Of a stretch of DNA of 39,905 nt, positions 35,626 to 39,905 are shown piece after piece (position 1 is the first letter of the stretch; every line of letters starts with the position of its first letter). The stretch is from an uncultured Nitrososphaerota archaeon (GTDB lineage Archaea; Thermoproteota; EX4484-205; DTQO01). A model generated the notes under the pieces. It saw only the letters and a list, made by a program, of their open reading frames with translations, did no database searches and was not told the DNA's origin. A program made the position numbers and the translations under genes. Location: positions 1 to 39,905 of the forward strand of contig CAZWAU010000037.1 of NCBI GenBank assembly GCA_964631995.1. The letters are read 5' to 3'.

Positions 35626-36127
35626 GTCCACGTGGAGCTTTACTGCATCCTGTAGCTGGGATGTGGTCGCGGATGCAGAGTGTAGGCGGGAGCCGTTACA
35701 CTCAACCCTTCCGGGGGTTGGGAAGGCGACAATGGAACACCGCCCGTCAGTGACCTATTCTCTTACCGGGTGAAAGCCCGGGACAACTATTGGTGGGCAG
35801 TTCGGCTGGGGCGGCCCCCTCTTGAAAAGATATCGAGAGGGCCCTAAGGTCAGCTCAGACGGAACAGAAACCCGTCGTAGAGTGCAAGGGCAAAAGCTGG
35901 CCTGATTCGGTCCTGCAAAGTAGAGGACCGAAAGGCGAAAGCCTGGCCTAGCGATCCTCCATGTCCTTATGGATAGGGGCTGGAGGTGACAGAAAAGTTA
36001 CCCCGTGAGTAATTGGCTCGTCGCGGGCAATAGTTCATATTGACCCCGCGGTTTGGTACCTCGTCGTCGGCTCTTCCCATCCTGGCGGTGCATAAGCCGC
36101 CAAGGGTAGGGCTGCTCGCCCGTCAAA

Positions 36128-36223
<96 letters not shown>

Positions 36224-36557
36224 TTATCTGTTGGGAGTGCTGGTCGCTTGAGGGGAAGGTGTCCACAGTACGAGAGGAACTGGGCGCCGCGGCCTCCGGT
36301 TTACCGGTTGTCCGACAGGGCAACGCCGGGCAGCTGCGCCGTCTTCGATAAGACCTGAAAGCATCTAAGGTCGAAGCGAATCCCGAAAATAAGCGGCCAA
36401 TCCGAGAAACCATGGCAGACCTGGTAACAGGCCTGCTCTCTCGGACGAGGGCTGGGATAGTAGATCCCGTTGATAGGTGGGGGGTGTACGCGCGAAGGCT
36501 TCGGCCGACGCGTTCAGCCCGCCCATACTAATCGCCCAAGGTGTCGGGCGGAAAAAA

Positions 36558-36587
36558 CTCAGTGGCCACTCGGGCGAAACTTCTACC
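36558..36587 (+). other. 3' strand of the pre-23S processing stem with BHB motif
   Basis: Complement of 32982-33011. The 3' bulge is AAA (36577-79), between GGCG and CTTCTACC. Confidence 0.8.
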
Positions 36588-36603
36588 ATGTTCGGCTTTC
36601 CGA

Positions 36604-36609
36604 TTTTTT
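36604..36609 (+). terminator. Oligo-T tract after the 23S processing stem
   Basis: A TTTTTT run lies 17 nt after the stem and is followed by the hairpin CTAGGA-TGTCAT-TCCTAG. Confidence 0.4.
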
Positions 36610-36736
36610 ATTCTCATCTAGGATGTCATTTCCTAGAATTTTATAATTCTCCGCATTTGTCAATCTAAAGAGCGATAAAATTGGTCTTTTTCTCAGTATA
36701 ATCCTATAGAGTCATACTGAAAGCATGCATCATTCT

Positions 36737-37876
36737 CTAGGAGAAGATTGCCCTCCATACATGAGGCTCATACTCCCTGTATGAGTGTAACAATGCATCT
36801 TTCTCAGATATGCTTATGATCGTTTTCAGGTTCCTCGAAATCCTTTCATTGAATCTACTTGTCCCTATGTCTTCAGGATCAAGCTCGAAGAACAGCGTGA
36901 GGATAGCATAGTTAGCATCCCTGTTCGGCTCCCCTCCCCACCATAGGTAGACATCTGAAGGATTAACTTTGTCCTCCTCAACCAAAAGATTGCACAGATC
37001 TATTACCCAACTCCGAGGAAAGCTGTTGTAATTCCTAGAAATTATATTCTTCAGGGCTATTTCGTCCTTCTCAGGCAATTTTATGACTTTGTTTCTGAGC
37101 CAACTAATGTATTGCTCTAGAACTTTTTGAAAGTGCCTGTCCTCAACCTTAAGGGCCTCGTTAAGTTGCTCCAGAGTCTTTATCCTCCATGTTCTAGAGG
37201 CAGCGAAGACATAACCACCTTCCCAATGTCTACCCCTGAGTTTGTCGCCACTAAAGTATCTCTCCAGCAACATCTCAAACTGTTCTCTATTCATCTCATT
37301 AGCATGCCAAAACTTTTCTTTAATTCTCTTAACAAGTCTTTCATCTCCTTTAGCTTTCTTTGTTATGACAGGAAGAAGATCCTCAACGACATATGAAGCA
37401 GAACCGTAACACTCGGGGCGATACAGCCAGTTGGAGGAGATCCAAATCTTCCCATCGTCCTTCCTTTGCTGGACTTCGATCAGGGATTCTTGGCATTGTA
37501 CTGGATGATCTATATCAGGTCTTATCCTCTCGCCCAAGCTATCTGATATCAAATCCTCCTGTTTGGTAGTATACTTATAGTACTTGTAGGGATTAATGTG
37601 AGTGAAGTAGTATGCTTGCCATGCAAAGAGCCCCCGTAATAACGTTATGTCTCTGCCAAATATATCATTGAAGTAGTAACTTGTTATTTCATTTATGCCC
37701 ATCGGAATCCAATTATTTGGTACTGCCCTAATATCCCCCTCAATATCAATTGATCCACCCCTCCTTGCATTATCATATATCAGCTTCCAGCCATATATTT
37801 CCTTGTGCACTCTATTGATCTCCTTGAATAACTTGGTCCTCTCCATAACCGTCAGGATATAGGTCAAGCAAATCAT
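36737..37876 (-). CDS. Hypothetical 379-aa protein (no recognisable domain); intact copy of the pseudogene at 12841-13401
   Basis: Long ORF in a visibly AT-rich island. It is rich in W/Y/K/E, with no TM helix and no motif I recognise. The start may be the second ATG at 37846 (MERTKLF). Confidence 0.6.
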   Translation of the reverse strand: MICLTYILTVMERTKLFKEINRVHKEIYGWKLIYDNARRGGSIDIEGDIRAVPNNWIPMGINEITSYYFNDIFGRDITLLRGLFAWQAYYFTHINPYKYYKYTTKQEDLISDSLGERIRPDIDHPVQCQESLIEVQQRKDDGKIWISSNWLYRPECYGSASYVVEDLLPVITKKAKGDERLVKRIKEKFWHANEMNREQFEMLLERYFSGDKLRGRHWEGGYVFAASRTWRIKTLEQLNEALKVEDRHFQKVLEQYISWLRNKVIKLPEKDEIALKNIISRNYNSFPRSWVIDLCNLLVEEDKVNPSDVYLWWGGEPNRDANYAILTLFFELDPEDIGTSRFNERISRNLKTIISISEKDALLHSYREYEPHVWRAIFS

Positions 37877-37915
37877 CTTTTCTGAGATTCAATACTAAAC
37901 AACATAAACATTACC

Positions 37916-38314
37916 TTAAGGTATCGTTACGGCTTTAACGTATCTTCCTCCCGAAGCAGTCCTTATTGCAACCTCATAGGTTACCCCATTTCTAAAAGTA
38001 TCTAGGCTAGCGTGAAGCCTCAACCTGGCCTTTGAGCCAGAAGGTAGCTCAAGGGGAAATGGATTCTTTCCTTTTGGTATCATCTCTATACCATTTATCT
38101 CAAGAGCTACTACAGTAAGCTTTCCCCCTCCAATATTTTGAAAGCTTATGACTATCTCCGCCTCACCATCTTTGATCGTAGCATAGGCATGGTCGAATCT
38201 AAGCTCCTCGCGCCTCATGAATAGACGAACGAAGTTGGGATAGTAGGTCATCAGAGCTATCGCAAGCGCAACCGCTACTGAGGCCAAGACTAGAGTCGAG
38301 ACTAGTTTATCCAT
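37916..38314 (-). CDS. Small N-terminally anchored beta-rich protein
   Basis: 132 aa. One N-terminal hydrophobic helix (LVSTLVLASVAVALAIALM), then a beta-sandwich-like alternating pattern. Its start overlaps the stop of the upstream 531-aa gene by 13 nt. Confidence 0.5.
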   Translation of the reverse strand: MDKLVSTLVLASVAVALAIALMTYYPNFVRLFMRREELRFDHAYATIKDGEAEIVISFQNIGGGKLTVVALEINGIEMIPKGKNPFPLELPSGSKARLRLHASLDTFRNGVTYEVAIRTASGGRYVKAVTIP

Positions 38315-39897
38315 ATGTTAGAACCTCTCCTTATCGATTTTTCCTCTTGGCTTGGAGTTGAAGTGCTTTGATTGCTCGTCGTCTGTTTGTTTTGTTGCGT
38401 TTGGCTCTGACTAGAGCTGCTAGGGGTCTTACCAGAATTTGTTACATTACTCTTGGTCTTCGTTCCGCTTGATGCGCTTCCCTGGCTCGATGTCTTGCCC
38501 GTGCTGGAAGGCGCTGTCTCACTATGGAACTCGATGTTGGTCTGTTCAAACCTCTTCGCATCCTTTCCAGAGTAGTTCGGAGTTCCAACTCTGTGTACCG
38601 GATCAAGATCTCCATTAGAGTTTATTACGCGGCCATAAACTACGGTCTTGTCTGCCACCTTTACGTTCTTCATGTTCGTGCCGTAGACCTCAACATTCTT
38701 CAGCTCCACATTCTCTAGGTTTGAATACTCTACGTTGGCCTTCGTGAGCTTGGAGTTGGTCGCGTTTACGTTTATCAAGTTCGAGTTCTCAGCTTTCGTT
38801 CTTGTAAGGTTGGAATTTGTAGCGTTCACATTTCTCAAGTTGCTGTCAATGGCCGTGCAGGATGTCAGCCTGCTTCCCTGTACAGTGCTACCCACGAGTT
38901 TCGTGTTTGTGATCTCGCTTCTCGAGATGTTCGCAGAGTAGGAGATGTCGCTGCGTTCTATCCTTGAGTTGTCGACATTCGCGACGAACGTGAGGTTGCT
39001 TCTTATGATGCTGGTATTGCTGAGGTCCAAGACCCACATGAGGGTACTGTTCATTACGGTGCAGTTCAAGATGTTAGCTGAATAGGCAATGGAGCTGTCC
39101 TCGACGTGGCTTCCGACCAAGTTCACAACGCTCACCAGAGTAGAGTTCAATATCCTGCACAGGTCGATGACGCTGTTGATTATGGTCGAGCAGACGGCCA
39201 GGGAGTTCTGCAAGATCGAGTCGTAAATCATTTTGGCCGAGACGTTGCTGTCCGTAATAGTGCTACCTGCGATTGTTGTGCCAGTGCTTCTAACATTCTG
39301 GAGGTAGCTTCCCCCTACAGAGGTAAGGGCCAACCTGCTGCCTAAGACTGTTGATCCATCGACGACCGAGTGGTCGAGATATGAATCCTGAAACTCGCCA
39401 ATCCACTTGCCCGTATTGTCGGTAACGTTTACAGCCTTGCCATCAGTTCCTGTAAGTAAACCTGATATAAGACCTAGTCCAGGGATTACAAAGGCTCCAT
39501 AAAATTGGTCTAGCTTATTCTGACACACTCTTCCGAGAACTAGATCTACTTGGGGCTTATTTTGGTATATCTCGATCCCGTCTTTTCCGAGTATAAGACC
39601 AAGTTGGGCTTTCTCTTCCTTAAATACAGCTCTAATATCCGCTAAACGACCATTACAATCTCCGCTCGTGGTCTTAAATTCAACATAGAATAATATTTTA
39701 CCATCTTTCAAAACAATGGCATCTGGACCAGATACTTTTGGTCTAACTCCATTAACTATTTTAACTTCTACATCTTTTAAGCCCAGTTTTACACATGCTT
39801 TCTCGGTTTCTGATTTTAAAACCATTTCTCCAATATTTGCGAGTTCCTTAAATGTATCTTCATCATACTTAGAGCACGTTTCAAAACCCTTATTCAT
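38302..39897 (-). CDS. Hjc-like PD-(D/E)xK nuclease domain fused to a long pentapeptide-repeat region and a Ser/Thr/Gln-rich tail
   Basis: The N-terminal ~120 aa contain SGPDAIVLKDGKILFYVEFKTTSG (compare Hjc G.s..DLVA......IEVK). Residues ~150-430 have a 5-residue periodicity, e.g. NSNLR NVNAT NSNLT RTKAE NSNLI NVNAT NSKLT KANVE YSNLE NVELK. The C-terminal ~80 aa are low-complexity S/T/Q. No signal peptide. The start is 8 nt from the window edge, so the upstream context is unseen. Confidence 0.6.
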   Translation of the reverse strand: MNKGFETCSKYDEDTFKELANIGEMVLKSETEKACVKLGLKDVEVKIVNGVRPKVSGPDAIVLKDGKILFYVEFKTTSGDCNGRLADIRAVFKEEKAQLGLILGKDGIEIYQNKPQVDLVLGRVCQNKLDQFYGAFVIPGLGLISGLLTGTDGKAVNVTDNTGKWIGEFQDSYLDHSVVDGSTVLGSRLALTSVGGSYLQNVRSTGTTIAGSTITDSNVSAKMIYDSILQNSLAVCSTIINSVIDLCRILNSTLVSVVNLVGSHVEDSSIAYSANILNCTVMNSTLMWVLDLSNTSIIRSNLTFVANVDNSRIERSDISYSANISRSEITNTKLVGSTVQGSRLTSCTAIDSNLRNVNATNSNLTRTKAENSNLINVNATNSKLTKANVEYSNLENVELKNVEVYGTNMKNVKVADKTVVYGRVINSNGDLDPVHRVGTPNYSGKDAKRFEQTNIEFHSETAPSSTGKTSSQGSASSGTKTKSNVTNSGKTPSSSSQSQTQQNKQTTSNQSTSTPSQEEKSIRRGSNIWIN

Positions 39898-39905
39898 GCC
39901 TTCTG

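Overview
This is an archaeal chromosomal segment. Markers are the long Hef helicase-nuclease, NAC, an archaeal-type SRP RNA, the COG1900 homocysteine route, and a 23S rRNA flanked by a bulge-helix-bulge (BHB) processing stem. Most of the roughly 40 protein genes are housekeeping or central metabolism: enolase (partial), site-2 protease, TtuA-like PP-loop protein, NAC, Hef, thymidylate kinase, HtrA, RpiA, oxidoreductases, an aminotransferase, an M24 peptidase, and a sugar-activation cluster. The standout signal is a high density of BHB splicing substrates, nine motifs that I folded by hand. Four are introns in the initiator tRNA-Met gene. Three are introns in the conserved core of a stand-alone 23S rRNA gene. 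One is the 23S processing stem. One is a 23-nt BHB-flanked insert that interrupts a galactokinase-like GHMP kinase gene exactly inside its GEHxD motif, and removing it at canonical BHB cleavage positions restores the reading frame. That makes it a candidate protein-coding BHB intron. After splicing, the 23S also carries an unusual set of substitutions at normally universal peptidyl-transferase-centre nucleotides, and one of them is a clean compensatory pair. Two visibly AT-rich islands lie just 3' of the tRNA and the 23S gene. One holds an operon with an Hjc-like PD-(D/E)xK nuclease fused to a long pentapeptide-repeat region, a small anchored protein and an unknown 379-aa protein. The other holds a decayed copy of that 379-aa gene. 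All calls rest on reading the sequence and recalling family motifs. No searches or folding programs were run. ORF-track starts include TTG/GTG codons and are approximate.
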